DNA of 63,878 nucleotides, filler included, from Octopus bimaculoides (GCF_001194135.2; 6 parts of 5 records of this genome joined end to end with filler, not necessarily neighbours in it); one strand, 5' to 3'. Positions 1 through 12,807 are shown, counted from the whole stretch's first letter. Translations and numbers: made by a program. Notes: generated by a model not told the origin, from the letters alone.

Positions 1-38
<38 letters not shown>

Positions 39-512
39 CATACATATATATACACAAACATGTATATATGTATGTATGTATATATACTTATACACATATA
101 TATGTATATGCATAGATACCCATACGAAGAAGCTAATTCAATATCTCTAATCAATACTGAAAGCATTGACGACCAAAGTTAATTACAGGTGTGTAGTGAA
201 TAAGCTAAACCAACGATACATCTGCCACACCTTGGATTCCACTTGTCTGTACATGAGTCTAAAATGGATCGTCTTCATGGTCGTTGAAACTACTAGAAAT
301 AAAACTGAAATTCCAACAAATCTCACCCAATCTTCTTCATAGATAATGGACTCACCAGAGATTTTCTTGGAAACACATTTTGATTTCGTTTATTCCTTTA
401 TTTATTAATTATTTATTTTTTCTCATTTTTGCCTATTTTCCCTTCCGGTGAAATGTGGCTGACACCCTCACTGGACATAGAGGACACGTGTACTAAACAC
501 GCACAATTACGC

Positions 513-578
<66 letters not shown>

Positions 579-871
579 TCACATACATATTTCTGCGATC
601 GACTTTGTTTTTTCACTCTTCTGGATCGAGAGAATTTCATGCGAGTTGTATACTGAGATAAATTTATTGGGGACAACCACTGAGTTCGAATCTTACTTGG
701 GTATCGAAAAATGTAAGGTTAAGCACCAACCAGCCAACATACCATCCAACAAGCCAACCCACCAACCAACTACCCAATCAACCAATCAATACAGAGATCG
801 ATATTAATGAAACAGACCTCCGCCCTATTACACCCAACAATCTCTATTCTTGTAACAATGTTAGAAATTCA

Positions 872-928
<57 letters not shown>

Positions 929-1080
929 GGCGAGCTGTCAGAATCATTAGCTGAGCGGCATTTTGTCCGTCTATACATTGAGTTCAAATTCCGCTGAGGT
1001 CGACATTGCCTTTCACCCGTTCGGGGCCGATAAAACAGGTACCAGTTGAATACTAGGGACGATGTAATCGACTTAACCCC
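929..1080 (+). mobile_element. tRNA-derived SINE, family A, in COE intron 1
   Basis: GGCGAGCTG.CAGAATC head, GAGTTCAAATTCC B-box and GCCTTTCA.CC.TTCGGGG.CGATAAAA...GTACCAG core; preceded by (ATT)n. More than 10 copies in the window. Confidence 0.85.
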
Positions 1081-1759
1081 TCCTCTCGAAACTGTAGAAA
1101 GGGTTATTATTATTATTAATGCTATTTTAATCACGCATAGTGTACTATTACCGAAAACTGTGCTATATGGATTAAATTGTCTCGAGTGTTTATTCTCAGT
1201 AACGTCTACTTATACCGTTCGTCGTCTCTCTTTATATATAAATAGCAGAAATAGCAGTCAAAACACCCTCATATCAGGCACACCGCACAGGCTCATACAA
1301 AATATAACGGACTTTGTATAAATGTAGTCATACTTATAGAATTAAGACGAGAAGGCCACGGTCGAAAAGCCTTGGTCTAAACAACAACAAAAACAATCTA
1401 TTATATACATGTATAACCGGATCTACCCTTTATACATTGCAGAAATGGGTGGATTACGTGTCGTGAGTTGCTTCGTACCAGAGAGGCTTTCGTTAACGAA
1501 ATCTATGTTCCCAGAGAGTCTAACCATGGCCAACTCGTATGCTTTTTACATGTCCTGAAATGAATACATTTTCCAACATGTTCTTCCGTGATTTTTACTG
1601 ACAAGATAAGATTTGAGGTGGATTTTCCTTCTATTTCGAACAGCCTGTGGGAACGTGTAGAGCCTCTCTCGCCGTGGCAGTGGTACTTTCAGGGTCTCCG
1701 TTTCAATGAAAGATGCACACAAATGTAGGGTACGGCACAGCATGCAATCGAAACCAGAT

Positions 1760-1843
<84 letters not shown>

Positions 1844-2347
1844 GCATACATAAAAAAAACAGCGTTTAGATATCAAAATACAACGAATGAATGACAATTG
1901 TATAGTTCGTTAGATACACAGCCACACACACCTGCAGATGTATACATACATGTGTGTGTATATATGTGCGTGTGTGTGTTTGTGTATGTGTATGCATGAA
2001 TATAAAAATTATGTGTTTGCAAACGCACACACACACAAACTGATAAGCACAAATTGATAATTGGTAAAATGTACAGGTATTAACTCTCACACGCACACAC
2101 ATTATTCACATGCACATACATAGACCCGTAGAGGCATGCGTACAAACAAAGCTATATCGTATACTATCTTACATATATACATACATGCACACACACACAC
2201 ACACACATATGCATATTTTAGTCAAATATAGAGTGCTGGGTTCGTTACGAGGGAATAAGTGGTGAAGACAAGAATATGTTTGCGTCTTTTTAACCAAAAT
2301 AATAATAATAATAATGATGCCGATAAGGTGAGGAGGGGTGAACCTAC

Positions 2348-2484
2348 CTGCCTGCGCCATGGTCGACCACCGTGGGCTGCATCCAGTTCCTTGCAGGAGG
2401 TAAATGTCCAGAAAGCGGTTCTTCTTTCATCGGTGGTAGCTGGACAGACACTCGCCGCTGCACAGTGTCCTGAAGGGTGAACAT
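2348..2484 (-). CDS. coe: First coding exon of COE/Collier/Olf-1/EBF transcription factor (137 nt, 45 codons + 2 nt); gene continues off the left edge
   Basis: Manual translation gives MFTLQDTVQRRVSVQLPPMKEEPLSGHLPPARNWMQPTVVDHGAG+AG, followed by donor CAG|GTAGGT (intron starts 2347). It matches the EBF N-terminus as I recall it ([45 protein letters not shown]), including MKEEP, WMQ and a phase-2 intron at the equivalent Ser. Exon 2 (GVGLARAHFEKQ...) is not present in 1-2347. Confidence 0.92.
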
Positions 2485-2507
2485 CAAAATGTCAGCCCCC
2501 TGCTCAT
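2484..2507 (-). promoter_or_regulatory. 7-codon uORF (MSRGLTF*) whose TGA overlaps the COE ATG (TGATG)
   Basis: Minus strand ATG AGC AGG GGG CTG ACA TTT TGA; the last base of TGA (2484) is the A of the main ATG. Confidence 0.6.
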
Positions 2508-2808
2508 AGAAGAGAGGGGTGCCAGACGGGGTCTGTTTAGTGAGAATTTTCCCTGATTTTCGGGAACAACTTTTTTAAGAATCTGCTTTTACACACTTTC
2601 GATTTCCGACAGTGAAAAAAATTCTCCGTCAGAAACGAACAAAAAAAAAAAAAGTAATAAATAAACCAAACAAAAATATGGACCAATTTCAAAATGAGGC
2701 GTGTGTATATTTATATATTATATGTAATTATTCATACATGTATATTTGTATATATAATATATATATATACATATATATAAATTATATATTTATTATTANN
2801 NNNNNNNN

Positions 2809-2839
<31 letters not shown>

Positions 2840-3124
2840 TATGTATGTATATATGTATCTATACGTGTGTGTGTGTGTGCTTCTATGTGAATGTATCCTA
2901 TATCTTAATGTGTTTATATATAAACAACGTTGTTGACTTTGGTATGGTGCCGAATATTGTTATTGTTGTTGATGTTGTTATTGTGGTTCCTGCTGTGCCG
3001 GGTTATTTATTTTCATTAATTTATATATTCTATTTTACATCTAGCTTTTTCTTCAATTTCGTATTCATAAAATTTAGCATAAACACCATTATTTTTATTA
3101 TTATTATTAATAGTAATATTTCAA

Positions 3125-3158
<34 letters not shown>

Positions 3159-3322
3159 TTACAATATATATTATTTATGTATGTATATATTTGTTGTCTA
3201 TTATCACTTTTTCTTTATTATTATTATTATTATTATTATTATATTTTCATTCAATTAATAAATGCATATGTTGATATATAAACATGTATATGTATATTCA
3301 TGTATGTGTTTTTGCTTGTTTG

Positions 3323-3353
<31 letters not shown>

Positions 3354-4286
3354 CTAAGTGTGCGTGTGTATTTATATACGTGTGTGTGTTGTTTGTTAGC
3401 TTGTAATAAAGAATAAACACAAGTGGTGTGCCGTTGTAAATGGAAGCCTGTTTTTCATGAGTTTGTGTTTACGTTTTTCGCATTCCCCAAAGTAAAAATA
3501 TAAAAACAAATGGAAATAGATGACGCTGTGAGCGGCGGTGGTGGTGGTGGTTGAAGAAAATTACAATTAAAATTTACAATAATTTACAATTTTCTTTACG
3601 AATTCATATATTTCTCCGTTGTGTTTTTCTTCTTCTTCCTTTATCGCTTTATACAAATAAATACATGTAACAATATTATATATATATCTATATATATATT
3701 ATTATTATCATTATATTGTATTATATGTGTGTCAGTATGTATATATATATATATTACATATTACAGTTGTATTTAAATTCCACATATATAAACGTGTTGT
3801 ATATATATATATATATATATTAATATATATATTTAATATACATATATATCAATATATATATTATATTATATACATATATATATATATATTTTACATATGT
3901 GTATTTCGTATATATTCCACAAGATATTCCAATGGAACCAAACGAAATGGTAGAACCAAGTCACCAAGCTGTCTTCGTGTTGTCCTTTCTGTTGTTATTC
4001 TTTGCTGTTTTTTATTTTTGCTGTTTTTGTTCTTGTAGTTCTTGTATTTAGGAGTTTTGCTTCTGTTATTTCGGTTTCTTTATGAGCCGCCGCCGCCGCC
4101 GCTGCTGCTGCTGCTGCTGCTGCTGCTACCGTTGCTGCTGCTGCTGGTATTATTATTATTGTTGTTGTTGTTGTAGTTATAGTTGTTGGCTGTTCCTGCT
4201 GCTGTTGCTGTTGTGGTTCTTCCTGTAGTTGTTGTTGTCGTTTAAATTTCCAGGTTAGTACAATTAATTTTCACTGTTATATACTC

Positions 4287-4353
<67 letters not shown>

Positions 4354-4811
4354 ATAAACACTTGTATGTATATATGTCTGTATGTATGTGTGTGTATTTC
4401 GTGTTTGATCCCTAAAATAAATAGGCGTGGGCAATTCAGGGGACAGATAGATAGATAGATAGATTAAACGAGAATAAGGGTGTGGGTTAGGGTGGGAGAG
4501 GGTGTTGTTAGACTGGGAATCCTAAAGCTCCGTGTGTTGCGTGGCTGGTGCGAGGTGTTTGAAATCGGGGTGCAATTGATGACGACGACGACGACGATGA
4601 TGATGATGATGATGACGATGACAATAATGACAAAGATGGAAGTGACAATGATGCTGATGATGATGGAAGCAGTGTCGATATGGATATAAATGTATATGCA
4701 CAAACATATATGTGTATATACATCTATATATATATACACACACACATGGATATGTGTGTGTTTACGTGCGTCCAAGAATTATAGAACTACATAAATTCTT
4801 CATCTATATAT

Positions 4812-4861
<50 letters not shown>

Positions 4862-5745
4862 TAGTGCCGTAGATATGAAGGGTGGATGTTTACGTACGCG
4901 TCCGCTTCAAGTGTGTATATGTGTGTGTATATGTGTGCGCTTGTCCGTTCCTTGTTTTCGAGTTAAAAAAGAAACGATGCTGCTGCTGATGATGATGATG
5001 ATGCTAATGACTAACGATAAGGCTAATGATGACGACACTGATAGATGATGACGATGATGCTGATGGAATGAATGAGGGATGGGATGAGGAAAGAAGAATA
5101 ATGAGTGATTACTAAGTGTGAGGTGTGTGTGTGTGTGTGTCGGACCGGGTGAGGTGGGCTGTGTTTGTTTTTGTTTTTCTCCTTGTTTTTGTTGTTTTTC
5201 TTCTCAAGTGTGAGTCGTGGATTGCTTGAGAAGCGAACCGAGTTCCGATGACATTGCGTCTGCTCCAGCCAGCCTCAGCGGTATAAGAAGGTCGGTGTGT
5301 GTTTGAATGTGTGTGTNNNNNNNNNNNNNNNNNNNNNNNNNNNNNNNNNNNNNNNNNNNNNNNNNNNNNNNNNNNNNNNNNNNNNNNNNNNNNNNNNNNN
5401 NNNNNNNNNNNNNNNNNNNNNNNNNNNNNNNNNNNNNNNNNNNNNNNNNNNNNNNNNNNNNNNNNNNNNNNNNNNNNNNNNNNNNNNNNNNNNNNNNNNN
5501 NNNNNNNNNNNNNNNNNNNNNNNNNNNNNNNNNNNNNNNNNNNNNNNNNNNNNNNNNNNNNNNNNNNNNNNNNNNNNNNNNNNNNNNNNNNNNNNNNNNN
5601 NNNNNNGGTGTTAGAGCTGGGATGTGAAGGCTATGAAAGGGGGAGGCAAGGCAGGGCAGGGCAGGAATTACACTAAGAGAGAGAGAGAGAGAGAAGGAGA
5701 GTAATAAAGAGAGAGATGGCTTGATAGGTATATGTGTGTGTGTGT

Positions 5746-5791
<46 letters not shown>

Positions 5792-7670
5792 CTGCTAGCG
5801 ACTGGTTCGTGGTGATGGTGGTAAAGGGAGGTGAGGAGGAGGAGGAGGAAGTGAAGAACTAAAAGGAGGGTACGAAGAGGGAGAGTGAGAGAGAGAGAGA
5901 GGGAGTAATAAGAAGCTGCAGCAGCAGCAGAACAGAGGCGGAGGAAGAGAGGGAGAGAGAGAGAGAGAATGAGAGAGAGGGAGAGGGAAAAACAGAAAGG
6001 GAGAGAGAGAGAGAGGAGGGAGGGGTTAGTTAGGAACCTATGACCAGCGTCGGTCTAAGAACGTGCATGTGTGTGTGTGTGTGTGTGTGTGTCTATGTAA
6101 TGTGTGTTTATATACATATACACACACACACACACACACACATTTGTATAGGTACATATATATACACTTACAGATATATGTGTACGCGTGTGCGCCCCTG
6201 TGTAAGTATGTACATGTTCACATATGCATATATATATATATACATACATACATATACATACATAGATATATATACATACATGTATACAATTTAATATATT
6301 GTTTAACCTCAGGTCAAACTATGATCCAAAGCGCTCCAGCTGAGACCACCCCACCGCCGTGCATACCAGGGTGTAACGCTGTCCAATGTTAGCGTGATTT
6401 GAAGGGTGTGGTGGTGGTGGTGGTGGTGGTGGAGTATTTGGCTGTTGTTTCTAGCAGTTTGAAATGACTACATAGTATTTTGGTCAACGATGCTGTTGAC
6501 ATTGTTGTAAGTTATTCGTGGTTCTGTCGGTGCTGTTGTTGTTGATGATGATGATGATGATGATTATGACGACGATGATGATGGTGATGATGATGATGGA
6601 CAAATATTATTGTTGTTGTTATTGGTGAGTGTTTGTATTGTTTATTTTATTTAACCCACCCACGCCCACCTCGGTCAATCCAGCTCCAGTAAAATCTATA
6701 TTCAAAGCCGTTCCGGCCGTGACACTGCCGCCTTATTTATTTCAAGCACTACATTTGTCTAATGTATCCCTGTTTTTAAAGACTTCAAATGTATGACTTC
6801 AAAAACAGGGATCTGGCTGCTATTTCTAACAGATCGATTGACCGCCAAGACACTCCCTCTTAATGAAGTGTTATTCTTGTGATCCAATTGACCAAAGGAC
6901 GTTCCCTCCCGTGACCATCCTGACTTTCTTCGTATCAGGGTCCGCATTATCGAATACATTTTATTTTTTAAACGGGGGGGGGGGATTTCACGGAGATTTG
7001 GCTGCTATTTTTAGTACAACCTGCGACCACATACAAGATCACACGTTGACACGTTGGTGTTGCTGTTGTTGTTGATGTTGTGGTTTCGCCCCCAGGTTGA
7101 CCCTGGTCCACTTTCACTCATGTTTAACGAGTCCCATCTGTGTTTACTCCTTTTGGCCCCTAAGTCTAGCTTGGACTGCATTATCTAAAGTGTCATTTAT
7201 TCAAAATTTAAACATGATGACAGCATTCCTCTTTCTCTTAATCTTTGCGATCGCGTATATNNNNNNNNNNNNNNNNNNNNNNNNNNNNNNNNNNNNNNNN
7301 NNNNNNNNNNNNNNNNNNNNNNNNNNNNNNNNNNNNNNNNNNNNNNNNNNNNNNNNNNNNNNNNNNNNNNNNNNNNNNNNNNNNNNNNNNNNNNNNNNNN
7401 NNNNNNNNNNNNNNNNNNTATATATATATATATATTTGCGTCTATGTGTGTGTGTATATAAACACAAACACACATATATATATTTATATACTTATATACA
7501 AATACACATATATATGTGTATATATGCGTGTTTTTATATGGGTACGTGTAGATCTGGGGGTGATACACGTGTATATGTATGTGAGTGTATATATGGATCT
7601 ACGTAGATATGATATATATACATACATATATATATGTATGTATGTATATATATATGTTTGTGTGTGTATG

Positions 7671-7824
7671 TGTGTGGTAAGAAGCTTTGCTTCCCAACCA
7701 CATGGTTCCGGGTTCAGTCCCACTGCGTGGCACCATGAGCAAGTGTCTTCTACTATCGCCTCGGGTCGACCAAAGCCTTGTCAGTGGATTTGGTTTATGA
7801 AAACTGTAAGAAACCCGTTGTGTT

Positions 7825-7860
<36 letters not shown>

Positions 7861-8058
7861 TATTTATGTGTTTGCCTTTGTGTCTGTTTGTCCCGTCACC
7901 GTCGCTTGACAACCGATGTTGGTGTGTTTATGTCCCCCAAAACATAGCGGTTTGGTAAAACAGACCAATAGAATAAGTACTAGAGTCGATTTCTTCGATT
8001 AAAGGCAGTGCTCCAGCACGGCCGCAGTCAGATGAGTGAAACGTGTAAAAGAGTAGAG
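7671..8058 (+). mobile_element. Composite tRNA-derived SINE, family B (CORE-like segment, internal TA/TG microsatellite)
   Basis: GTGGTAAGAAGCTT..TTCCCAACCACATGGTTCCGGGTTCAGTCCC head, GCAAGTGTCTTCTACTAT, microsatellite, then GACCAATAGAATAAGTACT...GCCGCAGTC tail; matches copies at 10.6, 26.6, 31.9 and 42-43.6 kb. Confidence 0.85.
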
Positions 8059-8096
<38 letters not shown>

Positions 8097-8204
8097 AATG
8101 TGTGTATGTGTTTATATTGATTGGCCGAAAGTAAATTTGTATGCTCGTGTGTGTATACACACGCCTGCAGACACATTATCTATCTATCTACATATACGCT
8201 TCGA

Positions 8205-8440
8205 AGTGCTCACGGATGTTTAGCCCCAAGTCAACACCGCTCGATCTGTCGACATGTGATCAAAGACATTCCAGGCATGGCTGTCTCGACTTTCTAGGGT
8301 TACGCCCTCTGGTTACATTATCCAACTCTTTCTTCCTTCTCTTACGATAATCGAATTGTGATGTAAGGGAAAATAAACTGTGACTTCTAGCAGGTCGAAC
8401 AACCGTGTACGTGTGACTATTTGTCCTATGTACCCGGCCG
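8205..8440 (-). mobile_element. Degenerate SINE-like repeat, family C
   Basis: Reverse complement shares GTTCGACCTGCTAG and ATGCCTTTGATC-like segments with 58930-59150 and short pieces at 6812-6860, 6990-7030, 10267 and 51900. Confidence 0.5.
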
Positions 8441-8546
8441 CGAGCCAGAATCTGTTTGGGGTCCGGGTTTGTGTGCGTATATACACATACACGTTTGTAT
8501 GTGTGCACACAAACACAAAACTTTCACACAGACACACAATAAATAA

Positions 8547-8583
<37 letters not shown>

Positions 8584-8809
8584 NNNNNNNNNNNNNNNNN
8601 NNNNNNNNNNNNNNNNNNNNNNNNNNNNNNNNNNNNNNNNNNNNNNNNNNNNNNNNNNNNNNNNNNNNNNNNNNNNNNNNNNNNNNNNNNNNNNNNNNNN
8701 NNNNNNNNNNNNNNNNNNNNNNNNNNNNNNNNNNNNNNNNNNNNNNNNNNNNNNNNNNNNNNNNNNNNNNNNNNNNNNNNNNNNNNNNNNNNNNNNNNNN
8801 NNNNNNNNN

Positions 8810-8848
<39 letters not shown>

Positions 8849-9930
8849 TTTGATGCAATCAGTGGGTGGGGATGTACATCATTTTAACTTTTATCGCCAT
8901 ATGGGTTTTGATGCTGTTGTTGTTGTTGTTGCGGTTACTAATTTTCAAAACTGGTTTATTTTATTTTATTTGGTAATAAAGACAGTGACGACGAAGGCGG
9001 TGGCGGTGTCGGCAGCGGGAGTGGTTCCTAGAGTTTGGTGGTGGTGGTGGTGTTGATTACGTTGTTGTTGTCGCTGCTGCTATCGGTGGTGCTGGTGAGT
9101 GTGTTGGCGGGGTGGTGGGGGTGGCGGCGGTGCCGGCCTCGACGGTCGTCGTCGTAGTCGCCATGGTGATGATGCTTGACGGAAGTGGAGTACCGACCGC
9201 TCGATGATCTCAGTATGTTGTTCTTCCAGTTGTTGTTGTTGTTAGAGCTATTAGTATAATCATCACATCCGTTGCCATTGTTGTTGTTGTTGTTTTGATA
9301 TCCTTAAACAAGTTATTACCATAATCTTTATCATCGTCATTATTATTATTATTATTAATATTGTTGTTGTTGCTACATTTTTAGATAATGGTTAATAGTC
9401 GAGTATTTTACACCAACATTATTACTAATGCTTCACATATGTATGTATGTATATTATATACACACATAGACACATACACACATGTACACCCGTTCCAATC
9501 CATTCGTCTAAGCCATGTCAGCATGTAAAGTGGACGTTAGATGATGATGATATATATATATATATGTGTATATATATTTATATGTACACGTACATATGTG
9601 TGTCTATGTATATATATATATACATGTGTGTATGAAATGAATGTATATGTGCGTATATAGTGCGTGTATCAGTCAATTCATGTATGTATGAATAGCGCAG
9701 GAGTGGCTGTGTAGTAAGAATCTTGCTTACCGACCACATGGTTCCGGGTTCAGTCCCACTTACGTGGCACCTTCCTTGGAAATTATATATATATATATAT
9801 ATATATNNNNNNNNNNNNNNNNNTATATATAATGAATCTATCTATTACAAGCACACACACACACATATTTGTCATATATATATGTATACATATATATAAA
9901 TATATATATACACCCATTTATGTCTAGCTG

Positions 9931-9961
<31 letters not shown>

Positions 9962-10499
9962 CATACATACATACATACATGTGTGTGTTTGTGTATATAT
10001 GTATACACACACACGCACGCGCGGATGCGTAACCTAATATATTCAGTTTTACGCTATCCAGTGTTAAACTCCTTTTCCAAGATGTCACTTCTACGAAATG
10101 TTTTTGTTTTGGAACGAAATTCTAATAAACTATCAAGACTTGTAAATAAAACAGCTGATACGAAAATCAATGGTGTTAAGAACATCACCAGCAGCAACAC
10201 CACCACCACCTGCAGCAGCAGCAGCAACATGATCAGCATCACAAGCAGACAGCGGGGAGTGTCTACGTGCTCACGGGATCGGCGCTAGAAATAGCAACTA
10301 AATCTTCCTCTCGTATCAGACTATTTCGTGTTCAAAAGAAAATAAAACTAAAAAGAGAACCAAGAGCACACTGGAATTATGTTGTCTTAGATACACATGG
10401 CAGTGGAATTGTAATAGTAGTAGTAGTAGTTAATGTTATTGATGTCAATATATTAGTAGTATTATTTACTGAAGATAGTATCTGGACAAAGTGTGTCAA

Positions 10500-10552
<53 letters not shown>

Positions 10553-10577
10553 ATAATAATAATAATAATAATAATAA

Positions 10578-10732
10578 GCGCAGGCGTGGCTATGTGGTAA
10601 GAAGCTTGTTTCCCAACCACATGGTTTCGGGTTCAGTCCTACTGTGTGGCACCTTGGGCAAGTGTCTTCTACTATAGCCTCAGGCCGACCTTGTGAGTGC
10701 ATTGGTAGACGGAAACTGAAAGAATCCCGTTG

Positions 10733-10805
<73 letters not shown>

Positions 10806-10960
10806 GTGTGTTTATATCACAGTAACTTAGCGGTTCGACAAAAGAGACCGATAGAATAAGTACTAGGCTTACAAAGAATACGTCCTGTGGGTCGCATTGT
10901 TCGACTAAAGGCGGTTCTCCAGCATGGCCGCAGTCAAATGACAAACAAGTAAAAGAATAA
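10578..10960 (+). mobile_element. Full-length family B SINE
   Basis: GCGCAGGCGTGGCTATGTGGTAAG head, CCTTGGGCAAGTGTC, internal (TA)n(TG)n, GAGACCGATAGAATAAGTACT, tail ending GTAAAAGAATAAGA. Confidence 0.9.
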
Positions 10961-10999
10961 GAAAATAATAATAATAATAATGATTTAAAATGTTGGCAT

Positions 11000-11260
11000 A
11001 AGGCCAGAAATATCGGCGGAGGAATAAGTCAATTACTCCGACCCCACTGTTCAACTGGTACTTTATTTATCGACCCTGGAATGATGAAAAGTAAAGTTGA
11101 CCTCGACGGAATTTGAACTTAGAACGTAAAGAACCGGAACAATAATCCTTCGCTGGGATGAAATGTAAAGATGATCTCGGCGGAATTTGAACTCTGAACG
11201 CAAAGTGTCTGAGCCAATGCAGTGTGACATTTTCCGACGTTCTAACGACCCTGCTATTAG
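11000..11260 (-). mobile_element. Family A SINE with internal duplication
   Basis: Reverse complement of family A; the CTCG(A/G)CGGAATTTGAAC segment occurs twice. Confidence 0.75.
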
Positions 11261-12279
11261 TGTTGTCAAACTAGCGACCCTAGTACTTGACTAGTACTAT
11301 ATCTTCGTCGAAACCGAGAAGGTGATGATGATGGTGGTGGCGGGGATAATGATGGAAAACAGGGGCATATACAGTGAGGAGGGGTGAAGAGAAAAATGAA
11401 ACGCCACCTACCTCTCCAACTACACATTCCTCACCCTCCGCGCACGTATCTATATCACCCCCCCCCTCAAAAAAACCTTACCACAACTACCACCATCACA
11501 GCCATAACCACCATCACTACTACTACTACTACTACTACTAGCTGTAGTGAACATTTAACCAACAATAACTATAAACTTTCCGACGATCGTACTAACCACC
11601 ACCACCGCTACCACTAGCCCTAAATCCCCCACTCCATTGCACAATCCACCACAACTACTATCACCGCTACTACCACCACCACTGGCCACTATTACAACCA
11701 TCAACCATCAAAACCACCACCACCACCACTACCACCATTACCTAACTTACGCACACACAACTACCACCATGATCAATCTATCTCCCTCCCCTACACATTG
11801 TAACCAACCCCACAAGTGGTAATCTGTGCTCCACCCCTCCACAACAAACACACACTACGGTCACCTACCACTAATACCACCACCAATACTACAAACACTT
11901 CTACTACTACCATCACCATCCATTATCTATACCATATATACAAATACACACACACACACACACACAATTAACTTAGCAACTAATTACGGAAGTATGTAAT
12001 TAACGTGAACAACACAACTTCGGACTATCTCTGTTGTGAGTCGGGACTAGTTTAGTAGGTATGTTGTTATCGTTATTGTTGTTGTTGCTGCTGCATTGTG
12101 TTGTATTGTGTCGTTGTGATGCTTTTCTCGTAGTTGTTATGTTGCTGTGGATGATGTGAAGTTGTGCTTTACATTGTACTATTGTAGAGTCGTTGTCACG
12201 CTCTTGCATTGTTGTGCTGTTATAGTGTTGTTGTTGTTGTTCTACTGTTGATGTAGCGTTCTTCGATATTATACTGCAG

Positions 12280-12495
12280 CCAGGCCCCGATTTAGACCTA
12301 GTGGGTCCCCTAGGCCAACAGCTTTTGAGGACCCCCCGCCCCAACAATTTTGTTAACTGCAAACGTGATAAGATGATAATGTGTGCCTCTTTAAATCTAG
12401 GGATTCCAGTTTGTTTTCAAAATTAAATGCCTCGGTGAATTCAGAGGGATTCACATATATTTAATGGCCTTTTTAAACCTATAAGGGCCCGAATC
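12280..12495. mobile_element. Possible hAT-type non-autonomous element (one clear end)
   Basis: CAGGCCCCGATTTAGACC..GGTCCCCTAGGC resembles CAGGGCCGGATT-type termini; the right end is not convincing. Confidence 0.35.
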
Positions 12496-12499
12496 TAAA

Positions 12500-12700
12500 A
12501 GAGTTCCCAACGACATGGTTCCGGGATCAGTCCCACTGCGTGGTACCTTAGGCAAGTGTCTTCTATTGTTGACTTGGACCGACCAAAGCTTTGTGAGTGA
12601 ATTTAGTTGACGGAAACTGAAAGAAGCCCATCATATATGTGTGTGTGTGTATGTGTGTGTCCCGCACCACAGCTTGACAATCTGTGCTGTTGTGTTTTTA
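12500..12700 (+). mobile_element. 5'-truncated family B SINE
   Basis: TTCCCAACGACATGGTTCCGGGATCAGTCCC...GCAAGTGTCTTC...GACGGAAACTGAAAGAAGCCC. Confidence 0.75.
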
Positions 12701-12807
12701 GACGGTGGAATTTGAAGGAAAATTTGACTGATCAGTTCTTTATATTATCAACACTAGTTCGATGAAAGGTAAAATTAACCCAGCCAGGACTTGAAGCGGA
12801 AAAAAAA

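Larger units (their letters stand above)
2700..12260. repeat. Dense microsatellite / low-complexity zone (TA, TG, GA, ATT, GCT, GAT, TTG, ACT, ACC arrays) upstream of the COE ATG
   Basis: Directly visible arrays interspersed with N gaps; they explain most ORF-track hits there. Confidence 0.95.

Noticed and set aside
350-430. Minus-strand donor CTG|GTGAGT at 355 as possible COE exon 2
   Set aside because: Upstream sequence is A-rich and does not encode GVGLARAHFEKQ in any frame.
1460-1730. VIFTDKIRF resembling the Tc1 first-Asp motif
   Set aside because: Only one weak motif, no TIRs; cannot be supported by eye.
2259-2480. 73-aa plus-strand ORF
   Set aside because: Antisense shadow of the COE exon.
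2549-2566. TTCCC-N8-GGGAA as an autoregulatory COE site
   Set aside because: COE sites are TCCC-N2-GGGA; the spacing is wrong. I noticed no perfect site elsewhere, only near matches such as TCCCGAGGGT at about 59413.
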